Source: Candidatus Limnocylindrus sp. (lineage in GTDB: Bacteria; Chloroflexota; Limnocylindria; Limnocylindrales; Limnocylindraceae). Taken from it: a DNA stretch of 64,000 nt. A program made the translations under genes and the position numbers. The notes under the pieces are model-generated. The model worked only from the letters and a program-made list of their open reading frames with translations. It did no database searches and had not been told where the DNA came from. The stretch is from the NCBI GenBank assembly GCA_040397215.1, contig JBBAWK010000004.1, one strand, 5' to 3'. Positions 8,304-18,414 of this stretch are shown one piece after another. Position 1 is the first letter of the stretch. Each line of letters starts with the position of its first letter.

Positions 8304-9037
8304 CGTGAACCCCCGGCAGCTGCAGGAACTGCGCTGTTCACATGAACGCTAGCGCTCGTGCCGTACGCGGCAAGTTCGCTGTCGTACGCCGCGGCAACGA
8401 GATCGGCAACGCTTTGCAGATCAGGGGCCGTGGTACCGATGGAATCACGCTCGCCGCGCGCCGTCGCCGCCCAATCTTGCTCCAGGGCAATCGAGGTCGA
8501 AACTATGCCGGCGTGACCACACGGATTGATCAAATCAAATGGCGCGAGGTCCCGCCCAACATTGAGCGCAAGGCCGTGCCAGGCCACACCACGCTCTACG
8601 CGCACGCCGACCGCACCAATCTTGCGCTCGCCCACCCAGCAGCCGGGCGCGCCATCACGGCGCTCTGCGGCGATATCGAACGCCGCACACGCCGCAATCA
8701 GCGCAGCCTCGAGTGCACGAATGTGCACACGCAGCGAAATTCCGTTCTGGCGCAGCGCTACGACCGGATACATCACCAGATGCCCAGGGCCGTGATAGGT
8801 CACCTCGCCACCGCGCTCTACGTGTCGCACGGCGATGCCGCGCGCGACGTAGTCGGCTTCAGAGAGCAGTAGATGGCTCGGATCGGCGTTACGCCCCAGG
8901 GTCATCACGGGATCGTGTTCCAACGTGAGCAGGGTGTCGCGACCGCGACCCGCAGCCCGCTCGGCCAGCAGTGTGCGCTGCAGGGCATGCGCCTCGTCGT
9001 AGCCGATTCTTCCGAGCCAGCGGTGCTCAAACTCCAT
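8300..9037 (-). CDS. lipB: Lipoyl(octanoyl) transferase
   Basis: LEHDPVMTLG, RGGEVTYHGPG, KIGAVG, HGLALN, INPCG; ATG 9037 lies 6 nt after TACGCT. Confidence 0.93.
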   Translation of the reverse strand: MEFEHRWLGRIGYDEAHALQRTLLAERAAGRGRDTLLTLEHDPVMTLGRNADPSHLLLSEADYVARGIAVRHVERGGEVTYHGPGHLVMYPVVALRQNGISLRVHIRALEAALIAACAAFDIAAERRDGAPGCWVGERKIGAVGVRVERGVAWHGLALNVGRDLAPFDLINPCGHAGIVSTSIALEQDWAATARGERDSIGTTAPDLQSVADLVAAAYDSELAAYGTSASVHVNSAVPAAAGGSR

Positions 9038-9155
9038 GCCCAGAGCGTAGCGTCTCGCACTCACATTTACCCGCGCTTGGCTCCCTTCAACCCCTCCACC
9101 GCACGTCTAGAACCCACTTTCTCTACAATTGCGCAAACACTGAAAGGAGCATCAA

Positions 9156-10181
9156 ATGGCAGACTCCACATTCAAGGTCGGGCTCCTCGCCTACGGCGCG
9201 ATCGGAGATGAGCATCACCGCGCGATCCGCTCGGCGCCTGGGCTGACCCTCACCGCCGTCTGTGACACCAATCCGGATCGCATCAGCGCCGCCCTCGCAA
9301 TCTCTCCCGACCTTCAAACCTTCACCGACGCCGAACTGATGCTTGAACGGTCCGGGATCGAGCTTGTCGTGATCTCCACGCCTCCAAACAGTCACTTTAA
9401 GTGGGCACAGCGCGCCTTGACGCTTGGCCTGAACGTCATTCTTGAGAAGCCGATGGCACTAACTACTAACCAGTGCGATGAGTTGATGGCTCTGGCCAAG
9501 GCCAAACAACTCCTGCTCGTCGTCTATCAGAATCGGCGCTACGACCGAGATTTCATCACCTTGAAGTCGCTGATTGACCGTGGAGAGATCGGTGAGGTGT
9601 TCTCCTATGAAAGTTTTGTTGGCGGTTACTCCGAGCCGTGCGCCCTATGGCACTCGATGACCGATGTTTCAGGTGGCGCGATCTTCGATTGGGGGAGTCA
9701 CTTCATTGATCAGATCATGGCGGTGGTGCCTGCGAAGATTCAGAGCGTTTCGGGTCTCAATCAGAAGCGGGTCTGGCACCACACGACGAATGCGGACCAC
9801 GCGCAGGTGACCATCAACTTCGAGGGAAACGCGCAGGCAACCTTCATCAATTCTGACCTTGCCGCTGCGCGCAAGCCCAAGTTCTACGTCCTTGGAACCA
9901 AGGGGGCGATCGTTGGCGACTGGGACACTTCGGGGACTGGCGCGGTTGCCGATCTGCCAGCGATCATCACGATGCACAGGGATGGTGCAGCCACTCAAAT
10001 TCCCCTCATGGATCGGCCAGCCACGTCATTCCACACAAGCGTTGGCGCATACCTGCAGAGCGGAACAGTAATGCCCGTTACCGCTGAGCAGTCACGCGAT
10101 GTCGTTGCGATCATGCAGGCGGCCGAGGAGTCCGCACTGACCTCCGGTGCACTTATTCGGCCCGCGCTCATCAGCCGCTAG
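9156..10181 (+). CDS. Gfo/Idh/MocA family oxidoreductase
   Basis: Rossmann N-terminus, EKP, YQNRRYD, GGAIFDWGSH; SD AAGGAG. Confidence 0.88.
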   Translation: MADSTFKVGLLAYGAIGDEHHRAIRSAPGLTLTAVCDTNPDRISAALAISPDLQTFTDAELMLERSGIELVVISTPPNSHFKWAQRALTLGLNVILEKPMALTTNQCDELMALAKAKQLLLVVYQNRRYDRDFITLKSLIDRGEIGEVFSYESFVGGYSEPCALWHSMTDVSGGAIFDWGSHFIDQIMAVVPAKIQSVSGLNQKRVWHHTTNADHAQVTINFEGNAQATFINSDLAAARKPKFYVLGTKGAIVGDWDTSGTGAVADLPAIITMHRDGAATQIPLMDRPATSFHTSVGAYLQSGTVMPVTAEQSRDVVAIMQAAEESALTSGALIRPALISR

Positions 10182-11129
10182 ATGGCACCGCTTCGCTGGG
10201 GGTTCATTGGCGCGGGTTATGTAGCCTCCCGTGCGCTCGCTCCCGCCGTTCACACCAGCCCAGGTGCACACCTTCAGGCAGCGGCGTCTCGCGACCTCAC
10301 TAAAGCCCGAGCGTTGAATGCCACGACTTCCTACTCTGACTACACCGCCCTCCTCGCCGACCCAAAGGTCGATGCGGTCTACATCAGCCTTCCGAACCAC
10401 CTGCACGCTGCGTGGGTGATCGCTGCGCTCAAAGCCGGCAAGCACGTGCTCTGCGAAAAGCCATTCGCCACATCCGCAAGTGAAGCCCAGGCCATGATCG
10501 CCACCGCCACCGAATGCCAGCGCACGTTGATGGAGGCGATCTGGTTCAAGTGGCACCCCCGCATGCGCCGCCTCACGGAGCTTGTTGCACGTGGCGCAAT
10601 CGGTCCAATCACCACGATTGACTCCGGCTTCTCCTTCGTCCTGGATGCACCCGACAACTACCGCCTTGACCCCGCGATGGGTGGTGGCAGTCTGCTCGAC
10701 CTTGGCCCGTATCAGCTGCATCTCTGGTCGGCGCTGACTGGAAACACGGCGCAGATCGACTACGACACGATCGAGCGGGAGCTTGGCGCACGCGGCGTTG
10801 ACATGACGACCTCCTTCACGGCGCGGATCAACAAAACAATCAGCGCAACGTCGGTCGTCTCCTTCACTCGATCTCCTGAGCAGCACATTAAGGTGAGTGG
10901 CGCGGACACCACGATTGACTTCACCACGGGCGAGGCATTCACCTCGTGGCACGCACCGAGCGCTCTGACCCTGGCTGGCGTCGAGGAAACTTTCGCACCC
11001 GTTGACCCCTTCCAACTCATGATCGAGGACTTCGCTCTGATCACAGAGGGCGCTGCAAACACCACGGCACCATTGGAGGCGACCCTCTTTGTTGCCCAGC
11101 AGCTCGAACGGATCGCCACGCGAACCTGA
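10182..11129 (+). CDS. Gfo/Idh/MocA family oxidoreductase
   Basis: WGFIGAG, YISLPNHLH, KHVLCEKP, GGGSLLDLGPY. Confidence 0.88.
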   Translation: MAPLRWGFIGAGYVASRALAPAVHTSPGAHLQAAASRDLTKARALNATTSYSDYTALLADPKVDAVYISLPNHLHAAWVIAALKAGKHVLCEKPFATSASEAQAMIATATECQRTLMEAIWFKWHPRMRRLTELVARGAIGPITTIDSGFSFVLDAPDNYRLDPAMGGGSLLDLGPYQLHLWSALTGNTAQIDYDTIERELGARGVDMTTSFTARINKTISATSVVSFTRSPEQHIKVSGADTTIDFTTGEAFTSWHAPSALTLAGVEETFAPVDPFQLMIEDFALITEGAANTTAPLEATLFVAQQLERIATRT

Positions 11130-11226
11130 TCCCCCGTGCGAGGCACCCCCATGGCTCGTGGTGCTTGAGTATCGCCTTCCTGTCGGAGCCAGCACGGCGG
11201 GCCCATACGCTATCCTCACCCCCCAC

Positions 11227-11302
11227 GCGGGAGTAGCTCAGTTGGTAGAGCGTCTGCTTCCCAAGCAGAAGGTCGCGAGTTCGAACCTCGTCTCCCGCTC
11301 CA
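11227..11302 (+). tRNA. tRNA-Gly (CCC)
   Basis: Cloverleaf GCGGGAG...CTCCCGC; anticodon arm TCTGC-TTCCCAA-GCAGA; TTCGAAC; encoded CCA. Confidence 0.97.
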
Positions 11303-11320
11303 AGCCCCTACAATCTCGCC

Positions 11321-12505
11321 ATGGCGAAAGACGGCAAGAAGCCCCTCAAGAACGCATCGCTTGACACCCTGGCGGTCCACGCCGGTGAGAGCGCTGACCC
11401 CACGACCCGTGCCCACAATCTCCCCATCTATCAGACCGCGACCTTCACCTTCGAGACGGCCGACGAGAAGGAGGCAGCGGTCGACGGGGCGCTCGCTTGG
11501 GAGCCGAAACGCTACTTCTATACGCGCACCAATAACCCCACCACGGCAGCACTTGAAGAGAAGCTCGCCGAGCTCGAAGGTGCCGAGAGTGCGGTCGCCT
11601 CTGCGTCCGGCATGTCGGCGATTGCCGCGGGGCTCCTCGCCCACCTGAAGTCCGGCGATCACATCATTGTTGCGGATGACCTCTTCATCATCAGCCAGAT
11701 CCTCTTCGCCGAAGACTTCCCCTCCCGCGGCATTGAGGTGACACCGGTGCCCATCACCGATCACGCTGCGGTACAGGCGGCGATGAAGCCGAATACCAAG
11801 ATCATCTTCTGCGAGGGGCTCTCCAACCCGTGGATGCGCATCACCGACATCCCGGCAATCGCGAAGATTGCCCACGCGGGCGGTGCACTTGTGGTGGTCG
11901 ACAACACCTTCCTGAGCCCCGTGCTCTTCCGCCCACTGGAACATGGTGCGGACCTGGTGCTACAGACAACCACGAAGTGGGTCTCGGGCCACGGTGATGC
12001 GCTCGGTGGCGTTGCCGCTGGCTCCAAGGCACTCGTGGATCCGATCCGACGCCAGACCGATCTTCTCGGCGGTGCGGCGTCGCCATTTAACTCCTGGCTG
12101 ATCGCGCGCGGCGCGCGCACCCTACCACTGCGCATGGAGCGCGCCTCGGCGAATGGCACTGCAGTTGCCGCGTTCTTGGAGGGGCACGAAAAGGTCGAGT
12201 GGGTACGTCATCCGAGCCTCGCATCACATCCAGATCGCGCGGTCGCCGATCGTCTGCTCACCAACGGGTGGGGCGGCATGCTCTCATTCAAGCCACGCGC
12301 GGCGGCCGGCGTTGATCCGCTCGACGCGATGCGCGCCTTCAGCGATCACGTGCAGATGTGCGCCGTGGGTGTGAGCCTCGGCGAGGTCGACACACTCGTC
12401 TACCCAATGCCAAAGCGCGGCGGAATCTTCCGTATCAGCATCGGTATTGAATCGGTGAACGACATCATCGCCGACTTCAGCCAGGCGCTCGACCACGTCC
12501 GCTGA
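11321..12505 (+). CDS. PLP-dependent trans-sulfuration enzyme (Cys/Met metabolism; MetB/MdeA-like)
   Basis: PIYQTATF, YTRTNNPT, ASGMSAI, VVDNTF, TTKWVSGHGD (PLP lysine), VSLG. Confidence 0.88.
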   Translation: MAKDGKKPLKNASLDTLAVHAGESADPTTRAHNLPIYQTATFTFETADEKEAAVDGALAWEPKRYFYTRTNNPTTAALEEKLAELEGAESAVASASGMSAIAAGLLAHLKSGDHIIVADDLFIISQILFAEDFPSRGIEVTPVPITDHAAVQAAMKPNTKIIFCEGLSNPWMRITDIPAIAKIAHAGGALVVVDNTFLSPVLFRPLEHGADLVLQTTTKWVSGHGDALGGVAAGSKALVDPIRRQTDLLGGAASPFNSWLIARGARTLPLRMERASANGTAVAAFLEGHEKVEWVRHPSLASHPDRAVADRLLTNGWGGMLSFKPRAAAGVDPLDAMRAFSDHVQMCAVGVSLGEVDTLVYPMPKRGGIFRISIGIESVNDIIADFSQALDHVR

Positions 12506-12506
12506 G

Positions 12507-12977
12507 GTGAGCACTGAGACGGTCGCCCTCACATGGGAGGAGCTCAACGGGCATGTTGAGGCGCTCGCACTGCAGATTCAAGCCCTCCCCGCAGATCAAC
12601 GCCCCGAAGCGATCCTTGCCATAAGCCGCGGCGGCCTGGTGCCTGGAGCGATGCTCGCCTATCGGCTCGGCATTCGCGACCTCCTCATTGCCGTCGCCGA
12701 ACACTACGATGCCGCCGGTCGGCGACCAGAACCGACCATTACACGCATGCCACCAGATGAATCACTGAAGGGGCGCTCGATTCTGATCGTGGATGAGGTC
12801 TGGGAGAGTGGCCGCACCCTCGCCCTCGTGGCGGAACGCGCGCGCGCTGCAGGCGCTACGGTGCGCACCGCCGTCGTTCATCACAAGCCGAGCAAGAGCG
12901 AGGTGCCTGGCGCCCCCGACCTCTTCGCGGCGCTCGCCGATGGCTGGATCACCTATCCGTATAAGGGGGGCGAGTGA
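12507..12977 (+). CDS. Type I phosphoribosyltransferase (xanthine/guanine PRT-like)
   Basis: ISRGGLVPG, ILIVDEVWESGRT, WITYPY. Confidence 0.82.
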   Translation: MSTETVALTWEELNGHVEALALQIQALPADQRPEAILAISRGGLVPGAMLAYRLGIRDLLIAVAEHYDAAGRRPEPTITRMPPDESLKGRSILIVDEVWESGRTLALVAERARAAGATVRTAVVHHKPSKSEVPGAPDLFAALADGWITYPYKGGE

Positions 12978-13525
12978 GCTACATGTTGGACGAGCCGAAG
13001 GAAACTCCGCGCGGGATCGCGCAAATTGCCGCCGCCGTCAGTAATGCGCTGCTCGGAGTTGTGCTGATTGCCGCCGGCCTCGCTGGTCTCGTGGCCATTG
13101 CTATTGCAGCCTTTGATATCGCGGATCAAACCTGGGTCTCGCTCGGTGCGCAGATTACGGCCCAACTCGGAAGCGACGTTGCCACAATCTTGGAGACGTT
13201 CCAGATTGATTTCGCCGTCATCCTCACCACCCTGGCCGACCAGAACAACCTCCCGGAATTTGGTGCGTGGGTGCGACAGATCCTCGCCCTTCTCATGGTT
13301 GCGACGGTTGCCCTCGGGTTGGCAGGGGCCGCGCCGCTCTGGGTTGCACGAGCACTCTGGTCACGACGCTCGAGTCGCGCGGTGCTCCTTTTTGGGGTGC
13401 TCCTTAGCGCTATCGGCGCCTTTGGCCTCCTCGTGACGGGAGCACCGCAGTTGATCTGGGGTCTGGTGCTGGCCAATGGCCTGCTCACCCTGGTGGCGAG
13501 CCGAACGGCTCGCCCTTCAGCTTAA
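12974..13525 (+). CDS. Hypothetical membrane protein
   Basis: About four TM helices; GTGA overlap with the PRT gene. Confidence 0.7.
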   Translation: MSYMLDEPKETPRGIAQIAAAVSNALLGVVLIAAGLAGLVAIAIAAFDIADQTWVSLGAQITAQLGSDVATILETFQIDFAVILTTLADQNNLPEFGAWVRQILALLMVATVALGLAGAAPLWVARALWSRRSSRAVLLFGVLLSAIGAFGLLVTGAPQLIWGLVLANGLLTLVASRTARPSA

Positions 13526-14592
13526 GCGCCGAATCCGCGCAGGCGTAGCGCCAGGCGCACGAGCGGCCCACGAATCGGATCAAGATCCACATCGAGTGCA
13601 CCTGGGTAGACAACCGGTGCCCCACCCCAACCGGCCTTGAAGTGCGCGATCCCCGGCGTTGAGATCCCCCACATGTCGTAGGTGGCGCTCCCTCGCGCCA
13701 CGGCACGCTCCATCGCGGTGACCTTGAGCGCATTTGGCGCGCGCAGCTCGTTGCCAGCATTCGTTGCGCCACCGAAGAGCTCGGTCGTTGTTGTTGGCGT
13801 GGTGATTACGAGGAGCGCGCCGAGCGTTTCGCCCGACGGTGATTCGGCGATGAGGATCTCCGCCTCGCCGTTGAAGGCACTCACGATGTGCGCGAATGCA
13901 GCACTGCTGCGCGTCTTCACCCCGGTGCGCCCAGCAATTGATGACATCGCCGTGTGGAGCGCCTCAGCACCGTCAGCGCCAACGGCGCGCACGGTGACGC
14001 CAGACTCGGTTGCATGTCGCGCGTACTGCCGCCACTTGCTGCGCCAGGCGGCGCGAACGCTCTCCATTCCAGTGGTCAGATCAATTCGCCGACTGGTCGA
14101 TGGCTGCACCGGTCGTGCGCGATGCAGTGTGATTTGCGCGGTTGATGCTGCAGCGAGCCACGGCGCGCGTAGGTCGGCGCTCAGCGCATCGGCAGGGTTG
14201 ACCTGATCGGCCTCATCGGGGAGCGGCGCACTCTCACCTGGCTCTAGGCGTACCAGCGTGACGCCGTCACTACGCAGCTCGGAGAGTCCACCGAGGAGTT
14301 CGGCGCGCAGTGCCGCGGCCTGCTCCGCGTTCGGCGCAACAACAATGGGTCCGCGTGGCGCGTAGGCGATGCGGCCAAGTCCGGCAGGGAGTCGCTGGAT
14401 CAGGAACTGCGCGCCAGCCCATGCAGCACCGTCTTGTGCCACGAGGCGAACCGACTCCCAGCCGGTGAGCGCTTTCGATGCGGCCCAGGCTGGCTGTTGC
14501 ACAAAGGGGAGGTCGGAAAGTTCACCACTAGCGGCGGCGGCGCGAATGCGTGCCCCCCAGGCGCTTGGCTCTTCTCGCATAACAGGACTCAT
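13522..14592 (-). CDS. FemABX-family peptidyl transferase (lipid II aminoacyl transferase-like)
   Basis: FVQQPAWAASK, IAYAPRGP, VQP...IDL, YDMWG, HFKAGWGG. Confidence 0.82.
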   Translation of the reverse strand: MSPVMREEPSAWGARIRAAAASGELSDLPFVQQPAWAASKALTGWESVRLVAQDGAAWAGAQFLIQRLPAGLGRIAYAPRGPIVVAPNAEQAAALRAELLGGLSELRSDGVTLVRLEPGESAPLPDEADQVNPADALSADLRAPWLAAASTAQITLHRARPVQPSTSRRIDLTTGMESVRAAWRSKWRQYARHATESGVTVRAVGADGAEALHTAMSSIAGRTGVKTRSSAAFAHIVSAFNGEAEILIAESPSGETLGALLVITTPTTTTELFGGATNAGNELRAPNALKVTAMERAVARGSATYDMWGISTPGIAHFKAGWGGAPVVYPGALDVDLDPIRGPLVRLALRLRGFGA

Positions 14593-14627
14593 GCGCGTAG
14601 GGTACGCGCCCCGCTACCCTTGCGCCT

Positions 14628-15305
14628 ATGCCTGCAGATCAGACCCTCCCGCCGTACGTGTTGAACCCCGACGGGGTCGTCTTCGATTTGGACGGGGTGC
14701 TCTGCGATACCGAGCCACTCTGGGCTGAGGCGCGCTTCGCCATCGCCGCCGAAGTCGGCGGTCGGCTCGTCGAAGAGGACTTCCATCGCTTCTATGGAGC
14801 GAACACGCAGCAGTGGGGCGGCGCCATGGCCGAGATCCTTGGTCATCCGGATGCCAACGAGATTGCGACGCGCACCATCAACCACCTTGAGGGGCTTTAT
14901 CGCTCCGGGCGCGTACAAGTCATTCCAGCTGGAGTTGCCGCTGTGCGACGCGCCGCCGCACGTGGCCCTGTTGCGATTGCGTCGGGGAGCCCGCGCAGCA
15001 TCATCGCCACGCTGATCGAACTCCTCGGCCTTGCCGACATCGTGCACACGTACGTCAGCTGCGATGAGGTTGCTGGCGGCAAGCCGCTCCCCGACGTCTA
15101 CCTTGAGGCGTGTCGCCGCATCAACATTGCGCCTGAGCGATCGCTCGCCATTGAAGATTCGCTGGCTGGCGCGCGCGCCGGCAAAGCGGCGGGGATGAGC
15201 GTAGTGGTGGTGCCGCTCCCTGGCGCGCCGTCATCAACGGGCGCAGCCGAGATTGCGGACCTGGTGCTAACGAGCCTCGACGAGCTACCGCTCGCCGCGC
15301 GCTAG
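14628..15305 (+). CDS. HAD-family phosphatase
   Basis: FDLDGVLCDTE, ASGS, GKPLPDVY, IEDS...G. Confidence 0.88.
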   Translation: MPADQTLPPYVLNPDGVVFDLDGVLCDTEPLWAEARFAIAAEVGGRLVEEDFHRFYGANTQQWGGAMAEILGHPDANEIATRTINHLEGLYRSGRVQVIPAGVAAVRRAAARGPVAIASGSPRSIIATLIELLGLADIVHTYVSCDEVAGGKPLPDVYLEACRRINIAPERSLAIEDSLAGARAGKAAGMSVVVVPLPGAPSSTGAAEIADLVLTSLDELPLAAR

Positions 15306-15556
15306 CTCTGAGGGACGCCCGCCTTCGCGCCAAGCTCCGCATTGGAGGGCTCAATCAGGTACGAGCCATCCTCAAAGATGATCACGGGGATTGACTTCGC
15401 GCCGGTCAACGTCTCAATCATCTCCTTGGCGGCCGCATCGGCGTCCACATCTACATAGGTATAGGGAACCTGATGTGCGTCGAGGTAGCCCTTGGAGCGC
15501 GTGCAGTCGCTGCACCAGGCCGCGCCATACAGGGTGATCTTCTTGGCGTCGCTCAT
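15302..15556 (-). CDS. Glutaredoxin-like protein (NrdH/mycoredoxin type)
   Basis: MSDAKKITLYGAAWCSDC...SIPVI...LIEPS; SD GAGGGAGG. Confidence 0.85.
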   Translation of the reverse strand: MSDAKKITLYGAAWCSDCTRSKGYLDAHQVPYTYVDVDADAAAKEMIETLTGAKSIPVIIFEDGSYLIEPSNAELGAKAGVPQS

Positions 15557-15561
15557 GGGTA

Positions 15562-16626
15562 CTACCTCCCTCTCGATGCTCGCCGCGGGCGCGGCGCTGT
15601 CGCCATCGTAGCGCGTCGCAAGAGGAGCATCCCGCCGATCGAGATCAGCGCCCCCGCGATCGGGAGCCCACCGAGCCCTGCGGGGAGATACCAGTTGATC
15701 GCGATAGCGGTCGTCAACACGGGAGGGAGCGCACCGATCCAGAGGAGCGGCTGCTTGGCGCGTTCGGCGCTGCGAATAAGCCGCCAGGCGGTAAAGCCAG
15801 TCAGGAGGCCGATGATGACCCACTCCGCTGGTAGGCGGTCGCAGGCATAGGGTTCGACAGTGCAGGTCTGCAGCGTGTCATAGAGCTGTGCTGTTGCGCG
15901 CGGGACTAAGACCGCGGCGAGCGAACCAACACCAAAAGCTGCGAAGACCTCAACGAAGCGGCGCTCGACGGGGCGAAATCGTGGCGATTCAGCGCGAAGT
16001 AGCTCTCGCCCAAAGAAGAGCGCGGGCAGAAGTGCTGCAAGGTACATTGCAGCGGAAACAACGGCGAGAGGATTCACCTCTTGAGAGAGCGGCTCGCCGA
16101 TCCACGTTGAAAGCGTTTCGACGCCGAGAGAGAGCAGACCGAGAGGGAGTAGCCCAACAGCAAAGATCGCTCCAGTAATGCTGATCCAGTCGGGAAGCCG
16201 TCGCGCGCGACGAGCGAAGATGCGCGCCATCAGGAAAATTGTTCCAGCGTTGATAACCTCTTGGAGCAGGCGCACGAGGAAGCTTGCATCTAGCGGCAGT
16301 ACTGAACGCAGCACGGCCGCTGCAGTGAACACCGTGCTGAGCGCCGCGATGAGCGCGAGGAGTGTGCCGGTGCCAAGGTCCACGGGGAGGCGCGAACTCA
16401 GTCGACCTGCAGCTGCGGCGACAGCCGCGACCGGGGCACCCACAGCCAAGATGGATGCGGCGGTGCGCAGCTGCTCGTTGCCGATCCAGTAGAAGAGGTC
16501 CAGCCGATTAGCCGTGATCCAGGTGACCAGGGCGAGGAGGATGCCGGCGTTCAGCAGGAGCGAAGAGATGACAACATCAAGCTTTTAGGGCGACCCTGTT
16601 GCTGTGCGTTGTGTCGATCTGCTCAT
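15562..16626 (-). pseudogene. Multi-pass membrane protein with an in-frame TAA at codon 14 (possible pseudogene or sequencing error)
   Basis: ATG 16626 (6 nt after CATACT) is in frame with the long ORF; TAA at 16585-16587; hydrophobic sequence continues in frame after the stop. Confidence 0.55.
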
Positions 16627-16683
16627 GGGGCGAGTATGCGCCCTCGGCGTCGCCTCCGCCGCGTTCGCGCTACCCTCCTCTGC

Positions 16684-17076
16684 ATGTTGAGAGGATCGGT
16701 GCTGGTGACCTACGCCGCCTTGGCGACCGCTGAGTTCGTTCGCGGTGTCGGCCTGATCGCCTCTGGGGCGCTGACCTATGGCCTCCTGGGCGGGGCGATC
16801 CCAGCCGAGGGGACGTACGACCGTCTCGTGGCCTTCGCCTCGTTCGCAACAATCGCCCTCGGGGCGCTCGACCTCCTCCTCATCGGGGCGATCGTGGTGC
16901 GAGCCGTCGGTGGGGGTCGGACCCCACGTGCCCAGATCCTCGTGAGCCTGGGGCTCTCCGTGCTCCTAATCCTGGCGGGGGGACCTTTGGCCCCGCAGGT
17001 GGCCATGCTCGTGCTCACGACGATCCTGGCCCTCGCACTGCGCCTCGAGGGTGCCACGCAGGCGGCGAACGGCTAG
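16684..17076 (+). CDS. Hypothetical membrane protein
   Basis: About four TM helices; ATG 7 nt after TACCCT. Confidence 0.65.
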   Translation: MLRGSVLVTYAALATAEFVRGVGLIASGALTYGLLGGAIPAEGTYDRLVAFASFATIALGALDLLLIGAIVVRAVGGGRTPRAQILVSLGLSVLLILAGGPLAPQVAMLVLTTILALALRLEGATQAANG

Positions 17077-17086
17077 ACTCCCCCGC

Positions 17087-17557
17087 ATGGTTGGACCCGT
17101 CTACCTCACGGAATCAGGGAAGGCTGCGCTCGAGGCCGAGCTGCATGACCTGATCCATTCGCAGCGCCCAGCGGTGATCGCGCGCATCAAGGCGGCGAAA
17201 GAGTTGGGCGACCTGCGCGAAAATGCCGACTATGAGATCGCCCGGAACGAGCAGTCGTTCATCGAGGGGAAGGTCTTGGAGATCGAAGAGAAGCTGCGCA
17301 ATGCCGAGATCATCGACGAGCATGCCGGCACCGACGAGGTTGCCCTCGGCTCCACCGTCACCGTGACCGCCGAGCGCAAGAGCCACGACTACCTGATCGT
17401 TGGCTCTACCGAGGCCGATCCGAGTGGTGAGCCGCCGAAGATCTCCAACGAGAGCCCGCTCGGCAAGGCACTGATCGGACGCAAGGTCAACGACAAGGTC
17501 GTCGTTACCCTGCCGAACGGCAACGAGATCAACTACACCATCAAGAAGATCTCCTAA
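17087..17557 (+). CDS. greA: Transcription elongation factor GreA
   Basis: YLTESG, GDLRENADY...EQ, IVGSTEAD, ISNESPLGKAL. Confidence 0.96.
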   Translation: MVGPVYLTESGKAALEAELHDLIHSQRPAVIARIKAAKELGDLRENADYEIARNEQSFIEGKVLEIEEKLRNAEIIDEHAGTDEVALGSTVTVTAERKSHDYLIVGSTEADPSGEPPKISNESPLGKALIGRKVNDKVVVTLPNGNEINYTIKKIS

Positions 17558-17598
17558 CTCCTGAAGCGCACGAGCGCACCCCGCGCGCGGGTGCCGAG

Positions 17599-18414
17599 TT
17601 AGACGAGAATGCCAGCGCCGAAGAAGAGCCCCGCGGCAAGGATCGTTCCCGTCGTGACTGCACCAAGATCGATGTAGAGGAGTCCCGTCGCGGACTCCAT
17701 CGACCGAGCCTTCGCAGTGCGCCAGCCGGCATACGTGAGAAGCGCTGGAAAGACCAGGCCGATCACAAGCCGGAGGGTGGCGAAGAAGTCCCACCCGGCA
17801 CCAAAGCCGCCCAATCCAAGTGCCTGCCAGGCGAGAAAGAGGGCGATCTGCACGGAGATCCCCACACCGAGCGTTCGGCTCAGGAGAAGGAGTGGCGCCT
17901 CCGCTAGTTTCGGTGTGACGAGATACCAGTGCGCAAGAATCATCGCCGCAAATGCGCCACCAGTGACCACGGAGAGGATGAGTAGTTGCAGCGCGAGTGC
18001 CGCCGCCATTAGCGGCGATGGCGCCCAACCAACAGCCGCCACTAGCTGCGCGGCGATCGCCGTGAGAACGGTGATCAATCCGACATGCCGACCGTCACCA
18101 CCGCGCGCTATTCGAAGCATCCAGAGTGTGGCGAGGCACGCGACCAGGATCAAAAGTAGTCTTCGAAGCGCATCTACCTCGGCGGTAGCAGCATGGATCG
18201 GCGCATCTGCCGCGGGGATCGGAAGTGCTCCGTCTGCGAGCCAAGCAAGGAAGGACCAGCCACCGGCGGCAAAAACAGTGAACCCCCGATAGCCGCGCGT
18301 CGACTCTGATCGGCGGGTCAGGAGGAGGATGGCTGCCAGGCTCCCGCCTGCGAGGCTACTCACCACCACCCAGTTGATGAACGAGAGTGAACGCGCAACA
18401 GACTCAACAGGCAT
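17599..18414 (-). CDS. Membrane protein (~8 TM), DmsC/YnfH-like anchor family
   Basis: AMILAHWYLVTPKL and RSMESATGLLY motifs; leaderless TAGGCT+6. Confidence 0.6.
   Translation of the reverse strand: MPVESVARSLSFINWVVVSSLAGGSLAAILLLTRRSESTRGYRGFTVFAAGGWSFLAWLADGALPIPAADAPIHAATAEVDALRRLLLILVACLATLWMLRIARGGDGRHVGLITVLTAIAAQLVAAVGWAPSPLMAAALALQLLILSVVTGGAFAAMILAHWYLVTPKLAEAPLLLLSRTLGVGISVQIALFLAWQALGLGGFGAGWDFFATLRLVIGLVFPALLTYAGWRTAKARSMESATGLLYIDLGAVTTGTILAAGLFFGAGILV

Noticed and set aside
16585-16587. Stop-codon recoding (Sec/Pyl or alternative genetic code)
   Set aside because: The codon is TAA, which terminates many genes in this window
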